A DNA stretch of 64,000 nt from Centroscyllium fabricii. Taxonomy: Eukaryota. Made by a program: the position numbers and the translations under genes. Under the pieces are notes generated by a model. That model saw only the letters and a list, made by a program, of their open reading frames with translations. It did no database searches and had not been told where the DNA came from. Below are positions 32,101 to 47,100 of the stretch, in pieces. Each line of letters starts with the position of its first letter. Position 1 is the stretch's first letter. The stretch is from NCBI GenBank assembly GCA_051313645.2, contig JBNRSN020000053.1:3596001-3660000 (forward strand). Reading direction: 5' to 3'.

Positions 32101-35100
32101 TACCCGGCCCTCGTTGAATGGAATAGTCCTCGGTCCCCGTTGAATGGAACAGTCCCTGGTTCCTGTTTAATGGAACAGTCCCCAGTCTCCATTGAATGGA
32201 ACACATACCGGTCCTCATTGAATGGAACAATCTTCGGTCCCCATTGAATGGAACTGTCCCCAGCCCTCGTTGAATGGAACAGTCCTCGGTCCCCGTTGAA
32301 TGGAACTGTCCCCGGTCCCCGTTAAATGGTACTATCTCCGATCCCCAATAAATGGAACAGTCCCCGGTCCCCATTGAATGGAACAGTCCCCGATCCCCAT
32401 TGAATGGAACAGTCCCCGGTCCTCATTGAATGGATCAGTCTTTGATCCCCATTGAATAGAGCAGTCCTCGGTCCCCGTTGAATGGAACAGTCCCCAGTTT
32501 CCGTTGAATGGAAAAGCCCCGGTACCCATTGAATGGAACAGTCTCCGGTCCCCAAGGAGTGGAACAGTCCCCAGTCTCCATGGATAGGAACAGTAACCGT
32601 CCCCATGGAATGGAACAGACCCCAATCCCCAATGAATGGAACAGTCCCTGATCCCCATTTAATGGAACAGTCCCTGGTCCCCATTGAATGGAACAGTCCC
32701 TGGTCCCCATGGAATGAAACAGTTCCCGGTCCCCCAATGAATGGAACAGTCCCCGGTCCCCATTTAATGGAACAGTCCCCGGTCCCCAATGAATGGAACA
32801 GTCCCTGGTCCCTATGGAGTGGAACAGACTCCAATCCCCAATGAATGGAACAGTCCCTGCTCCCCATTGAATGGAAAAGTCCCCGGTCCCCATTGAATGG
32901 AACAGTCCACGGGCCCATTGAATGGAACAGTCCCCAATCTCCATTGAATGGAACTGTGCTCAATCCCCATTGAATGGAACAGTCCCCGGTCCCCGTTGAA
33001 TGGAACTGTCCCCGGTTCCCAAAGAATGGGACTGTCCCCGATCCCCAATGAATGGAACAGTCCCCGGTCCCCATTGAATGGAAAAGTCCCTGGTCCCCAT
33101 TGAATGGAACAGTCCCCAACCCCAATTAATGGAATAGTCCCTGGTCCTGAATGAATGGAACAGTCCCCAATCACCAATAAATGGAACAGTCCCCGATCCC
33201 CAATCGCCAATGAATGTAACAGTCCACGGGCCCATTGAATGGAACAGTCCGCAATCCACATTGAATGGAACAGATCCCAGTCCCCATTCAATGGAACAGT
33301 GCCCCATCCCCATTGAATGGAACAGTCCACGGGCCCATTGAATGGAACAGTCCCCAATCCCCATTGAATGGAACAGTCCACGGGCCCATTGAATGGAACA
33401 GTCCCCAATCCCCATTGAATGGAACTGTCCTCAATCCCCATTGATTGGAACAGTTCCCAGTTCCCATTGAATGGAACAGTACCCGGTCCCCAATGAATGG
33501 AACAGTTCCCCGGTCCCCAAACAATGGAACAGTCCCCAATCCCCAATGAATGGAACAGTCCCCGGTCTCCATTGAATGGAAAAGTCCCCGGTCCCCATTG
33601 AATGGAACAGTCCCCAATCCCCAATGAATGAAACAGTCTCTGGTCCTCATTGAACGGAACAGTTCCAAGTCCCCAATGGACGGAACAGTCCCCGATCCCC
33701 AATAAATGGAACAGTCCCCGATCCCCAACCCCCAAAGAATGGAACAGACCCCATCCCCATTGAATGGAACCGTCCCCTGTCCTCATTGAATGGAACAGTC
33801 CCCGGTCCCCATTGAATGGAACAGTCTTCGGTCCCCATTGAATGGAACAGTCCCCGGTCCCTGTTAAATGGAACAGTCCTCGGTCCCCGTTGAATGGATC
33901 AGTCCCCGGTTCCCGTTACATGGAACAGTCCCTTGTCACCATTGAATGTAACTTTCCCCGGTCCCCATGGAATGGAACAGTCCCCAGTCTCCATTGAATG
34001 GAACAGTCCCCGGTCCCCATTGAACGGAACAGTACCCGGCCCTCATTGAATGGAACAGTCCTCGGTCCCCGTTGAATGGAACAGTCCCTGGTTCCTGTTT
34101 AATGGAACAGTCCCCAGTCTCCATTGAATGGAACACATACCGGTCCTCATTGAATGGAACAATCTTCGGTCCCCATTGAATGGAACTGTCCCGGCCCTCG
34201 TTGAATGGAACAGTCCTCGGTCGCCGTTGAATGGAACTGTCCCCGGTCCCCGTTAAATGGTACTATCTCCGATCCCCATTGAATGGAACAGTCCCCGGTC
34301 CCCAATAAATGGAACAGTCCCCGGTCCTCATTGAATGGATCAGTCTTCGATCCCCATTGAATAGAGCAGTCCTCAGTCCCCGTTGAATGGAACAGCCCCC
34401 AGTTCCCGTTGAACGGAAAAGTCCCCGGTACCCATTGAATGGAACAGTCTCCGGTCCCCAAGGAGTGGAACAGTCCCCAGTCTCCATGGATAGGAACAGT
34501 AACCGTCCCCATGGAATGGAACAGACCCCAATCCCCAATGAATCGAACAGTCCCTGATCCCCATTTAATGGAACAGTCCCTGGCCCCCATGGAATGGAAC
34601 AGTCCCTGGTCCCCATGGAATGAAACAGTTCCCGGTCCCCCAATGAATGGAACAGTCCCCGGTCCCCATTTAATGGAACAGTCCCCGGTCCCCAATGAAT
34701 GGAACAGTCCCTGGTCCCTATGGAATGGAACAGTCCCTGGTCTCCATTGAATGGAAAAGTCCCTTGTCCCCATGGAATGAAACAGTTCCCGGTCCCCCAA
34801 TGAATGGAACAGTCCCCGGTCCCCATTTAATGGAACAGTCCCCGGTCCCCAATGAATGGAACAGTCCCTGGTCCCTATGGAGTGGAACAGACTCCAATCC
34901 CCAATGAATGGAACAGTCCCTGGTCCCCATTGAATGGAAAAGTCCCCGGTCCCCATTGAATGGAACAGTCCACGGGCCCATTGAATGGAACAGTCCCCAA
35001 TCTCCATTGAATGGAACTGTGCTCAATCCCCATTGAATGGAACAGTCCCCGGTCCCCGTTGAATGGAACTGTCCCCGGTTCCCAAAGAATGGGACTGTCC

Positions 35101-38100
35101 CCGATCCCCAATGAATGGAACAGTCCCCGGTCCCCATTGAATGGAAAAGTCCCTGGTCCCCATTGAATGGAACAGTCCCCAACCCCAATTAATGGAATAG
35201 TCCCTGGTCCTGAATGAATGGAACAGTCCCCAATCACCAATAAATGGAACAGTCCCCGATCCCCAATCGCCAATGAATGTAACAGTCCACGGGCCCATTG
35301 AATGGAACAGTCCGCAATCCACATTGAATGGAACAGATCCCAGTCCCCATTCAATGGAACAGTGCCCCATCCCCATTGAATGGAACAGTCCACGGGCCCA
35401 TTGAATGGAACAGTCCCCAATCCCCATTGAATGGAACAGTCCACGGGCCCATTGCATGGAACAGTCCCCAATCCCCATTGAATGGAACTGTCCTCAATCC
35501 CCATTGATTGGAACAGTTCCCAGTTCCCATTGAATGGAACAGTACCCGGTCCCCAATGAATGGAACAGTTCCCCGGTCCCCAAACAATGGAACAGTCCCC
35601 AATCCCCAATGAATGGAACAGTCCCCGGTCTCCATTGAATGGAAAAGTCCCCGGTCCCCATTGAATGGAACAGTCCCCAATCCCCAATGAATGAAACAGT
35701 CTCTGGTCCTCATTGAACGGAACAGTTCCCAGTCCCCAATGGACGGAACAGTCCCCGATCCCCAATAAATGGAACAGTCCCCGATCCCCAACCCCCAAAG
35801 AATGGAACAGACCCCATCCCCATTGAATGGAACCGTCCCCTGTCCTCATTGAATGGAACAGTCCCCGGTCCCCATTGAATGGAACAGTCTTCGGTCCCCA
35901 TTGAATGGAACAGTCCCCGGTCCCTGTTAAATGGAACAGTCCTCGGTCCCCGTTGAATGGATCAGTCCCCGGTTCCCGTTACATGGAACAGTCCCTTGTC
36001 ACCATTGAATGTAACTTTCCCCGGTCCCCATGGAATGGAACAGTCCCCAGTCTCCATTGAATGGAACAGTCCCCGGTCCCCATTGAATGGAACAGTCCCC
36101 GGTCCCCATTGAATGGAACAGTCTTCGGTCCCCATTGAATGGAACAGTCCCCGGCCCTCGTTGAATGGAACAGTCCTCGGTCCCCGTTGAATGGAACAGT
36201 CCCTGGTTCCTGTTTAATGGAACAGTCCCCAGTCTCCATTGAGTGGAACACATACCGGTCCTCATTGAATGGAACAATCTTCGGTCCCCATTGAATGGAA
36301 CTGTCCCGGCCCTCGTTGAATGGAACAGTCCTCGGTCCCCGTTGAATGGAACTGTCCCCGGTCCCCGTTAAATGGTACTATCTCCGATCCCCATTGAATG
36401 GAACAGTCCCCGGTCCCCAAAAAATGGAACAGTGCCCGGTCCTCATTGAATGGATCAGTCTTCGATCCCCATTGAATAGAGCAGTCCTCGGTCCCCGTTG
36501 AATGGAACAGTCCCCAGTTCCCGTTGAACAGAAAAGTCCCCGGTACCCATTGAATGGAACAGTCTCCGGTCCCCAAGGAGTGGAACAGTCCCCAGTCTCC
36601 ATGGATAGGAACAGTAACCGTCCCCATGGAATGGAACAGACCCCAATCCCCAATGAATCGAACAGTCCCTGATCCCCATTTAATGGAACAGTCCCTGGTC
36701 CCCATGGAATGGAACAGTCCCTGGTCCCCATGGAATGAAACAGTTCCCGGTCCCCCAATGAATGGAACAGTCCCCGGTCCCCATTTAATGGAACAGTCCC
36801 CGGTCCCCAATGAATGGAACAGTCCCTGGTCCCTATGGAATGGAACAGTCCCTGGTCTCCATTGAATGGAAAAGTCCCTTGTCCCCATGGAATGAAACCG
36901 TTCCCGGTCCCCCAATGAATGGAACAGTCTCTGGTCCCCAACGAATGGAACTGACCCCATCCCCATTGAATCGAACAGTCCGCGGCTCCCAACAAATGGA
37001 ACAGTCCCCGGTTCTCCAATGAATGGAACAGTCCCCAGTACCCATTGAATGGAACAGTCCCCGGTCCCCATTGAATGGTACAGTCCACGGAACTCAATGA
37101 ATGGAACAGTCCCCAGCCCCCAATGAATGTAATAGTCCCCGGTCCCCGTTGAATGGAACAGTCCCCGGTCCCCGTTGAATGGATCAGTCTTCGGTCCCCA
37201 TTGAATGGAACAGTCCCCGGTCCTCGTTGAATGGAGCAGTCCTCGGTCCCCGTTGAATGGAACAATCCCCAGTTCCCGTTGAACAGAAAAGTCCCCGGTA
37301 CCCATTGAATGGAACAGTCTCCGGTCCCCAAGGAGTGGAGCAGTCCCCAGTTTCCATGGAAAGGAACAGTCACCGTCCCAATGGAATGGAACAGTCCCCG
37401 GTTCTCCAATGAATGGAACATTCCCCAGTACCCATTAAATGGAACAGTCCCCGGTCCCCATTGAATGGTACAGTCCACGGGACTCAATGAATGGAACAGT
37501 CCCCAGCCCCCAATGAATAGAACAGTCCCTGGTCCCCAATTAATGGAACAGTCCTCAATTCCCATTGAATGGAACAGTCACCGGTCCCCAATGAATGGAA
37601 GAGTCCCTGGTCCCCATTAAATTGAACAGTCCCCAGAGCCCATTGAATGGAACAGTCCCCAATCCCCATTGAATGGAACAGTCCCCGGGCCCATTGAATG
37701 GAGCAGTCCCCAATCCCCATTGAATGGAACTGTCCTCAATCCCCATTGCATGGAACAGTTCCCAGTTCCCATTGAATGAAACAGTCCCCGGTCCCCAATA
37801 AATGGAACAGTACCCGGTCCCCATTGAATGGAACAGTCCCCAAGCCCCAATGAATGGAACAGTCCCTGGTCCTCATTGAACAGAACAGTTCCTGGTCCCC
37901 AATGGACGGAACAGTCCCCGATCCCCAATAAATGGAACAGTCCCCGATCCCCAATCCCCAATTAATGGAACAGTCCCCATCCCCATTGAATTGAACCGTC
38001 CCCGGTCCTCATTGAATGTAACAGTCCCCGGTCCCCCTTGAATGGAACAGTCTTCAGTCCCCATGGAATGGAGCAGTCCTCGGTCCTCGTTAAATGGAAC

Positions 38101-41100
38101 AGTCCCCAACCCCCAATAAATGGAACAGTCCCCGGTCCCCAAAGAATGGAACAGTCCCCAATCCTCATTGAATGGAACAGTCCCCGGTCCCCGTTGAATG
38201 GAACAGTCCCCGGTCCCCATTGAATGGAACAGTCTTCGGTCCCCATTGAATGGAACAGTCCCCGGTCCCTGTTGAATGGAACAGTCCCCGGTCCCCATTG
38301 AATTGAACAGGTACCAGTCCTCGTTGCATGGAACAGTCCTCGTCCCCGTTGAATGGATCAATCCCTGGTTCCCGTTGAATGCAACAGTCCCTGGTCCCCA
38401 TTGAATGGAACATTCCCCAGTCCCCATAGAATGGAACAGATCCCAGTCCCCATTCAATGGAACAGTGCCCCATCCCCATTGAATGGAACAGTCCACGGGT
38501 CCATTGAATGGAAGAATCCCCAATCCCCATTGAATGGAACAGTCCACGGGCCCATTGAATGGAATAGTCCCCAATTCCCATTGAATGGAACTGTCCTCAA
38601 TCCCCATTGAATGGAACAGTTCTGAGTTCCCATTGAATGGAACAGTCCCCGGTCCCCAATGAATGGCACAGTCCCCGGTCCCCAAAGAATGGAACAGTCC
38701 CCAATCCCCAAGGAATGGAACAGTCCCCGGTCCCCATTGAATGGAAAAGTCCTCGGTCCTCATTGAATGGAACAATCCCCAATCCCCAATGAATGAAAAA
38801 GTCCCTGGTCCTCATTGAACGGAACAGTTCCCAGTCCCCAATGGACGGAACAGTCCCCGATCCCCAATAAATGGAACAGTCCCCGATCACCAATCCCCAA
38901 TGAATGGAACAGTCCCCATCCCCATTGAATGGAAACGTCCCCTGTCCTCACTGAATGGAACAGTCTCCGGTCCCCATTGAATGGAACAGTCTTCGGTCCC
39001 CATTGAATGGAACAGTCTTTGGTCCCCATTGAATGGAACAGTCCCCGGTCCCTGTTGAATGGAACAGATACCAGTTCTCCTTGCATGGAACAGTCCTCGG
39101 ACCCCGTTGAATGGATCAGTCCCTGGTTCCAGTTACATGGAACAGTCCCTTGTCCCCATTGAATGTAACATTCCCTGGTCCCCATGGAATGGAACAGTCC
39201 CCGGTCTCCATGGAATGGAACAGTCCATGGGACACAATGAATGGAACAGTCCCCAGTCTCCGTTGAATGGAACAGTCCCCGGTCCCCATTGAATGGAACA
39301 ATCCCCGGCCCTCATTGAATGGAACAGTCCACGGTCCCCGTTAAATGGAACAGTCCCCGGTTCCTGTTTAATGGCACAGACCCCAGTCGCCATTTAATGG
39401 AACAGATACCGGTCCTCATTGAATGGAACAGTCTTCGGTCCCCATTGAATGGAACAGTCCCCGGCCCTCGTTGAATGGAACAGTCCTCCGTCCCCGTTGA
39501 ATGGAACTGTCCTCGGTCCCCATTGAATGGTACTATCCCCGATCCCCAATAAATGGAACAGTCCCCAGCCCTCATTGAATGGAACAGTCTTCGGTCCCCA
39601 TTGAATGGAACAATCCCCAGTCCCTGTTCAATGGAACAGTCCCCGGTCCCCATTGAATGGAACAGATACCGGTCCTCGTTGAATGGAACAGTCCTCGGTC
39701 CCCGTTGAATGCAACAGGGTCCGGTTCCCGTTGAATGGAACAGTCCCCGGTCCCCATTGAATGGAACAGTCTCTGGTCAACATGGAGTGGAACAGTCCCC
39801 AGTCTCCATGGAACGGAACAGTCACCGTCCCCATGCAATGAAACAGTCCCTGGTCCCCATGGAATGGAACAGACCCCAATCCCCAATGAATGGAACAGTC
39901 CCTGGTCCCCATTTAATGGAACAGTCCCTGGTCCCCATTAAATGGAACAGTCCCTGGTCCCCATGGAATGAAACAGTTCCCGGTCCCCCAATGAATGGAA
40001 CAGTCCCTGGTCCCCATTTAATGGAATGGTCCACGGTCCCCAATGAATGGAACAGTCCCTGGTCCCCATGGAATGGAACAGACCCTAATCCCCAATGAAT
40101 GGAACAGTCCCTGGTCCCCATTTAATGGAACAGTCCCTGGTCCCCATTGAATGGAACAGTCCCCAACCCCAATTAATGGAATAGTCCCTGGTCCTGAATG
40201 AATGGAACAGTCCCCAATCCCCAATAAATGGAACAGTCCCCGATCCCCAATCGCCAATTAATGTAACAGTCCACGGGCCCATTGAATGGAACAGTCCCCA
40301 ATCCACATTGAATGGAACAGATCCCAGTCCCCATTCAATGGAACAGTGCCCCATCCCCATTGAATGGAACAGTCCACGGGCCCATTGAATGGAACAGTCC
40401 CCAATCCCCATTGAATGGAACAGTCCACGGGCCCATTGAATGGAACAGTCCCCAATCCCCATTGAATGGAACTGTCCTCAATCCCCATTGATTGGAACAG
40501 TTCCCAGTTCCCATTGAATGGAACAGTACCCGGTCCCCAATGAATGGAACAGTCCCCGGTCCCCAAACAATGGAACAGTCCCCAATCCCCAATGAATGGA
40601 ACAGTCCCCGGTCTCCATTGAATGGAAAAGTCCTCGGTCCCCATTGAATGGAACAGTCCCCAATCCCCAATGAATGAAACAGTCTCTGGTCCTCATTGAA
40701 CGGAACAGTTCCCAGTCCCCAATGGACGGAACAGTCCCCGATCCCCAATAAATGGAACAGTCCCCGATCCCCAACCCCCAAAGAATGGAACAGTCCCCAT
40801 CCCCATTGAATGGAACCGTCCCCTGTCCTCATTGAATGGAACAGTCCCCGGTCCCCATTGAATGGAACAGTCTTCGGTCCCCATTGAATGGAACAGTCTC
40901 CGGTCCCTGTTGAATGGAACAGTCCTCGGTCCCCGTTGAATGGATCAGTCCCTGGTTCCCGTTACATGGAACAGTCCCTTGTCACCATTGAATGTAACTT
41001 TCCCCGGTCCCAATGAAATGGAACAGTCCCCAGTCTCCATTGAATGGAACAGTCCCCGGTCCCCATTGAATGGAACAGTACCCGGCCCTCGTTGAATGGA

Positions 41101-44100
41101 ATAGTCCTCGGTCCCCGTTGAATGGAACAGTCCCTGGTTCCTGTTTAATGGAACAGTCCCCAGTCTCCATTGAATGGAACACATACCGGTCCTCATTGAA
41201 TGGAACAATCTTCGGTCCCCATTGAATGGAACTGTCCCCAGCCCTCGTTGAATGGAACAGTCCTCGGTCCCCGTTGAATGGAACTGTCCCCGGTCCCCGT
41301 TAAATGGTACTATCTCCGATCCCCAATAAATGGAACAGTCCCCGGTCCCCATTGAATGGAACAGTCCCCGATCCCCATTGAATGGAACAGTGCCCGGTCC
41401 TCATTGAATGGATCAGTCTTCGATCCCCATTGAATAGAGCAGTCCTCGGTCCCCGTTGAATGGAACAGTCCCCAGTTTCCGTTGAACGGAAAAGCCCCGG
41501 TACCCATTGAATGGAACAGTCTCCGGTCCCCAAGGAGTGGAACAGTCCCCAGTCTCCATGGATAGGAACAGTAACCGTCCCCATGGAATGGAACAGACCC
41601 CAATCCCCAATGAATGGAACAGTCCCTGATCCCCATTTAATGGAACAGTCCCTGGTCCCCATTGAATGGAACAGTCCCTGGTCCCCATGGAATGAAACAG
41701 TTCTCGGTCCCCCAATGAATGGAAAAGTCCCCGGTCCCCATTTAATGGAACAGTCCCCGGTCCCCAATGAATGGAACAGTCCCTGGTCCCTATGGAGTGG
41801 AACAGACTCCAATCCCCAATGAATGGAACAGTCCCTGGTCCCCATTGAATGGAAAAGTCCCCGGTCCTCATTGAATGGAACAGTCCACGGGCCCATTGAA
41901 TGGAACAGTCCCCAATCTCCATTGAATGGAACTGTGCTCAATCCCCATTGAATGGAACAGTCCCCGGTCCCCGTTGAATGGAACTGTCCCCGGTTCCCAA
42001 AGAATGGGACTGTCCCCGATCCCCAATGAATGGAACAGTCCCCGGTCCCCATTGAATGGAAAAGTCCCTGGTCCCCATTGAATGGAACAGTCCCCAACCC
42101 CAATTAATGGAATAGTCCCTGGTCCTGAATGAATGGAACAGTCCCCAATCACCAATAAATGGAACAGTCCCCGATCCCCAATCGCCAATGAATGTAACAG
42201 TCCACGGGCCCATTGAATGGAACAGTCCGCAATCCACATTGAATGGAACAGATCCCAGTCCCCATTCAATGGAACAGTGCCCCATCCCCATTGAATGGAA
42301 CAGTCCACGGGCCCATTGAATGGAACTGTCCCCAATCCCCATTGAATGGAACAGTCCACGGGCCCATTGAATGGAACAGTCCCCAATCCCCATTGAATGG
42401 AACTGTCCTCAATCCCCATTGATTGGAACAGTTCCCAGTTCCCATTGAATGGAACAGTACCCGGTCCCCAATGAATGGAACAGTTCCCCGGTCCCCAAAC
42501 AATGGAACAGTCCCCAATCCCCAATGAATGGAACAGTCCCCGGTCTCCATTGAATGGAAAAGTCCCCGGTCCCCATTGAATGGAACAGTCCCCAATCCCC
42601 AATGAATGAAACAGTCTCTGGTCCTCATTGAACGGAACAGTTCCCAGTCCCCAATGGACGGAACAGTCCCCGATCCCCAATAAATGGAACAGTCCCCGAT
42701 CCCCAACCCCCAAAGAATGGAACAGACCCCATCCCCATTGAATGGAACCGTCCCCTGTCCTCATTGAATGGAACAGTCCCCGGTCCCCATTGAATGGAAC
42801 AGTCTTCGGTCCCCATTGAATGGAACAGTCCCCGGTCCCTGTTAAATGGAACAGTCCTCGGTCCCCGTTGAATGGATCAGTCCCCGGTTCCCGTTACATG
42901 GAACAGTCCCTTGTCACCATTGAATGTAACTTTCCCCGGTCCCCATGGAATGGAACAGTCCCCAGTCTCCATTGAATGGAACAGTCCCCGGTCCCCATTG
43001 AATGGAACAGTACCCGGCCCTCGTTGAATGGAACAGTCCTCGGTCCCCGTTGAATGGAACAGTCCCTGGTTCCTGTTTAATGGAACAGTCCCCAGTCTCC
43101 ATTGAATGGAACACATACCGGTCCTCATTGAATGGAACAATCTTCGGTCCCCATTGAATGGAACTGTCCCGGCCCTCGTTGAATGGAACAGTCCTCGGTC
43201 CCCGTTGAATGGAACTGTCCCCGGTCCCCGTTAAATGGTACTATCTCCGATCCCCATTGAATGGAACAGTCCCCGGTCCCCAAAAAATGGAACAGTCTCC
43301 GGTCCTCATTGAATGGATCAGTCTTCGATCCCCATTGAATAGAGCAGTCCTCGGTCCCCGTTGAATGGAACAGTCCCCAGTTCCCGTTGAACGGAAAAGT
43401 CCCCGGTACCCATTGAATGGAACAGTCTCCGGTCCCCAAGGAGTGGAACAGTCCCCAGTCTCCATGGATAGGAACAGTAACTGTCCCCATGGAATGGAAC
43501 AGACCCCAATCCCCAATGAATCGAACAGTCCCTGATCCCCATTTAATGGAACAGTCCCTGGTCCCCATGGAATGGAACAGTCCCTGGTCCCCATGGAATG
43601 AAACAGTTCCCGGTCCCCCAATGAATGGAACAGTCCCCGGTCCCCATTTAATGGAACAGTCCCCGGTTCCCAATGAATGGAACAGTCCCTGGTCCCTATG
43701 GAATGGAACAGTCCCTGGTCTCCATTGAATGGAAAAGTCCCTTGTCCCCATGGAATGAAACCGTTCCCGGTCCCCCAATGAATGGAACAGTCTCTGGTCC
43801 CCAACGAATGGAACTGACCCCATCCCCATTGAATCGAACAGTCCGCGGCTCCCAACAAATGGAACAGTCCCCGGTTCTCCAATGAATGGAACAGTCCCCA
43901 GTACCCATTGAATGGAACAGTCCCCGGTCCCCATTGAATGGTACAGTCCACGGAACTCAATGAATGGAACAGTCCCCAGCCCCCAATGAATGTAATAGTC
44001 CCCGGTCCCCGTTGAATGGAACAGTCCCCGGTCCCCGTTGAATGGATCAGTCTTCGGTCCCCATTGAATGGAACAGTCCCCGGTCCTCGTTGAATGGAGC

Positions 44101-47100
44101 AGTCCTCGGTCCCCGTTGAATGGAACAATCCCCAGTTCCCGTTGAACAGAAAAGTCCCCGGTACCCATTGAATGGAACAGTCTCCGGTCCCCATGGAGTG
44201 GAGCAGTCCCCAGTTTCCATGGAAAGGAACAGTCACCGTCCCAATGGAATGGAACAGTCCCCGGTTCTCCAATGAATGGAACATTCCCCAGTACCCATTA
44301 AATGGAACAGTCCCCGGTCCCCATTGAATGGTACAGTCCACGGGACTCAATGAATGGAACAGTCCCCAGCCCCCAATGAATAGAACAGTCCCCGGTCCCC
44401 AATTAATGGAACAGTCCTCAATTCCCATTGAATGGAACAGTCACCGGTCCCCAATGAATGGAAGAGTCCCTGGTCCCCATTAAATTGAACAGTCCCCAGA
44501 GCCCATTGAATGGAACAGTCCCCAATCCCCATTGAATGGAACAGTCCCCGGGCCCATTGAATGGAGCAGTCCCCAATCCCCATTGAATGGAACTGTCCTC
44601 AATCCCCATTGCATGGAACAGTTCCCAGTTCCCATTGAATGAAACAGTCCCCGGTCCCCAATAAATGGAACAGTACCCGGTCCCCATTGAATGGAACAGT
44701 CCCCAAGCCCCAATGAATGGAACAGTCCCTGGTCCTCATTGAACAGAATAGTTCCTGGTCCCCAATGGACGGAACAGTCCCCGATCCCCAATAAATGGAA
44801 CAGTCCCCGATCCCCAATCCCCAATTAATGGAACAGTCCCCATCCCCATTGAATTGAACTGTCCCCGGTCCTCATTGAATGTAACAGTCCCCGGTCCCCC
44901 TTGAATGGAACAGTCTTCAGTCCCCATGGAATGGAGCAGTCCTCGGTCCTCGTTAAATGGAACAGTCCCCAACCCCCAATAAATGGAACAGTCCCCGGTC
45001 CCCAAAGAATGGAACAGTCCCCAATCCTCATTGAATGGAACAGTCCCCGGTCCCCGTTGAATGGAACAGTCCCCGGTCCCCATTGAATGGAACAGTCTTC
45101 GGTCCCCATTGAATGGAACAGTCCCCGGTCCCTGTTGAATGGAACAGTCCCCGGTCCCCATTGAATTGAACAGGTACCAGTCCTCGTTGCATGGAACAGT
45201 CCTCGTCCCCGTTGAATGGATCAATCCCTGGTTCCCGTTGAATGCAACAGTCCCTGGTCCCCATTGAATGGAACATTCCCCAGTCCCCATAGAATGGAAC
45301 AGATCCCAGTCCCCATTCAATGGAACAGTGCCCCATCCCCATTGAATGGAACAGTCCACGGGTCCATTGAATGGAAGAATCCCCAATCCCCATTGAATGG
45401 AACAGTCCACGGGCCCATTGAATGGAATAGTCCCCAATTCCCATTGAATGGAACTGTCCTCAATCCCCATTGAATGGAACAGTTCTGAGTTCCCATTGAA
45501 TGGAACAGTCCCCGGTCCCCAATGAATGGCACAGTCCCCGGTCCCCAAAGAATGGAACAGTCCCCAATCCCCAAGGAATGGAACAGTCCCCGGTCCCCAT
45601 TGAATGGAAAAGTCCCCGGTCCTCATTGAATGGAACAATCCCCAATCCCCAATGAATGAAAAAGTCCCTGGTCCTCATTGAACGGAACAGTTCCCAGTCC
45701 CCAATGGACGGAACAGTCCCCGATCCCCAATAAATGGAACAGTCCCCGATCACCAATCCCCAATGAATGGAACAGTCCCCATCCCCATTGAATGGAAACG
45801 TCCCCTGTCCTCACTGAATGGAACAGTCTCCGGTCCCCATTGAATGGAACAGTCTTCGGTCCCCATTGAATGGAACAGTCTTTGGTCCCCATTGAATGGA
45901 ACAGTCCCCGGTCCCTGTTGAATGGAACAGATACCAGTTCTCCTTGCATGGAACAGTCCTCGGTCCCCGTTGAATGGATCAGTCCCTGGTTCCAGTTACA
46001 TGGAACATTCCCTTGTCCCCATTGAATGTAACATTCCCTGGTCCCCATGGAATGGAACAGTCCCCGGTCTCCATGGAATGGAACAGTCCGCGGGACACAA
46101 TGAATGGAACAGTCCCCAGTCTCCGTTGAATGGAACAGTCCCCGGTCCCCATTGAATGGAACAATCCCCGGCCCTCATTGAATGGAACAGTCCACGGTCC
46201 CCGTTAAATGGAACAGTCCCCGGTTCCTGTTTAATGGCACAGACCCCAGTCGCCATTTAATGGAACAGATACCGGTCCTCATTGAATGGAACAGTCTTCG
46301 GTCCCCATTGAATGGAACAGTCCCCGGCCCTCGTTGAATGGAACAGTCCTCCATCCCCGTTGAATGGAACTGTCCTCGGTCCCCATTGAATGGTACTATC
46401 CCCGATCCCCAATAAATGGAACAGTCCCCAGCCCTCATTGAATGGAACAGTCTTCGGTCCCCATTGAATGGAACAATCCCCAGTCCCTGTTCAATGGAAC
46501 AGTCCCCGGTCCCCATTGAATGGAACAGATACCGGTCCTCGTTGAATGGAACAGTCCTCGGTCCCCGTTGAATGCAACAGGGTCCGGTTCCCGTTGAATG
46601 GAACAGTCCCCGGTCCCCATTGAATGGAACAGTCTCTGGTCAACATGGAGTGGAACAGTCCCCAGTCTCCATGGAACGGAACAGTCACCGTCCCCATGCA
46701 ATGAAACAGTCCCTGGTCCCCATGGAATGGAACAGACCCCAATCCCCAATGAATGGAACAGCCCCTGGTCCCCATTTAATGGAACAGTCCCTGGTCCCCA
46801 TTAAATGGAACAGTCCCTGGTCCCCATGGAATGAAACAGTTCCCGGTCCCCCAATGAATGGAACAGTCCCCGGTCCCCATTTAATGGAATGGTCCACGGT
46901 CCCCAATGAATGGAACAGTCCCTGGTCCCCATGGAATGGAACAGACCCTAATCCCCAATGAATGGAACAGTCCCTGGTCCCCATTTAATGGAACAGTCCC
47001 TGGTCCCCATTGAATGGAAAAGTCCCTTGTCCCCATGGAATGGAACTGACCCCATCCCCAATGAAGGGAACAGTCTCCAGTCTCCATGGAATGCTACAGT

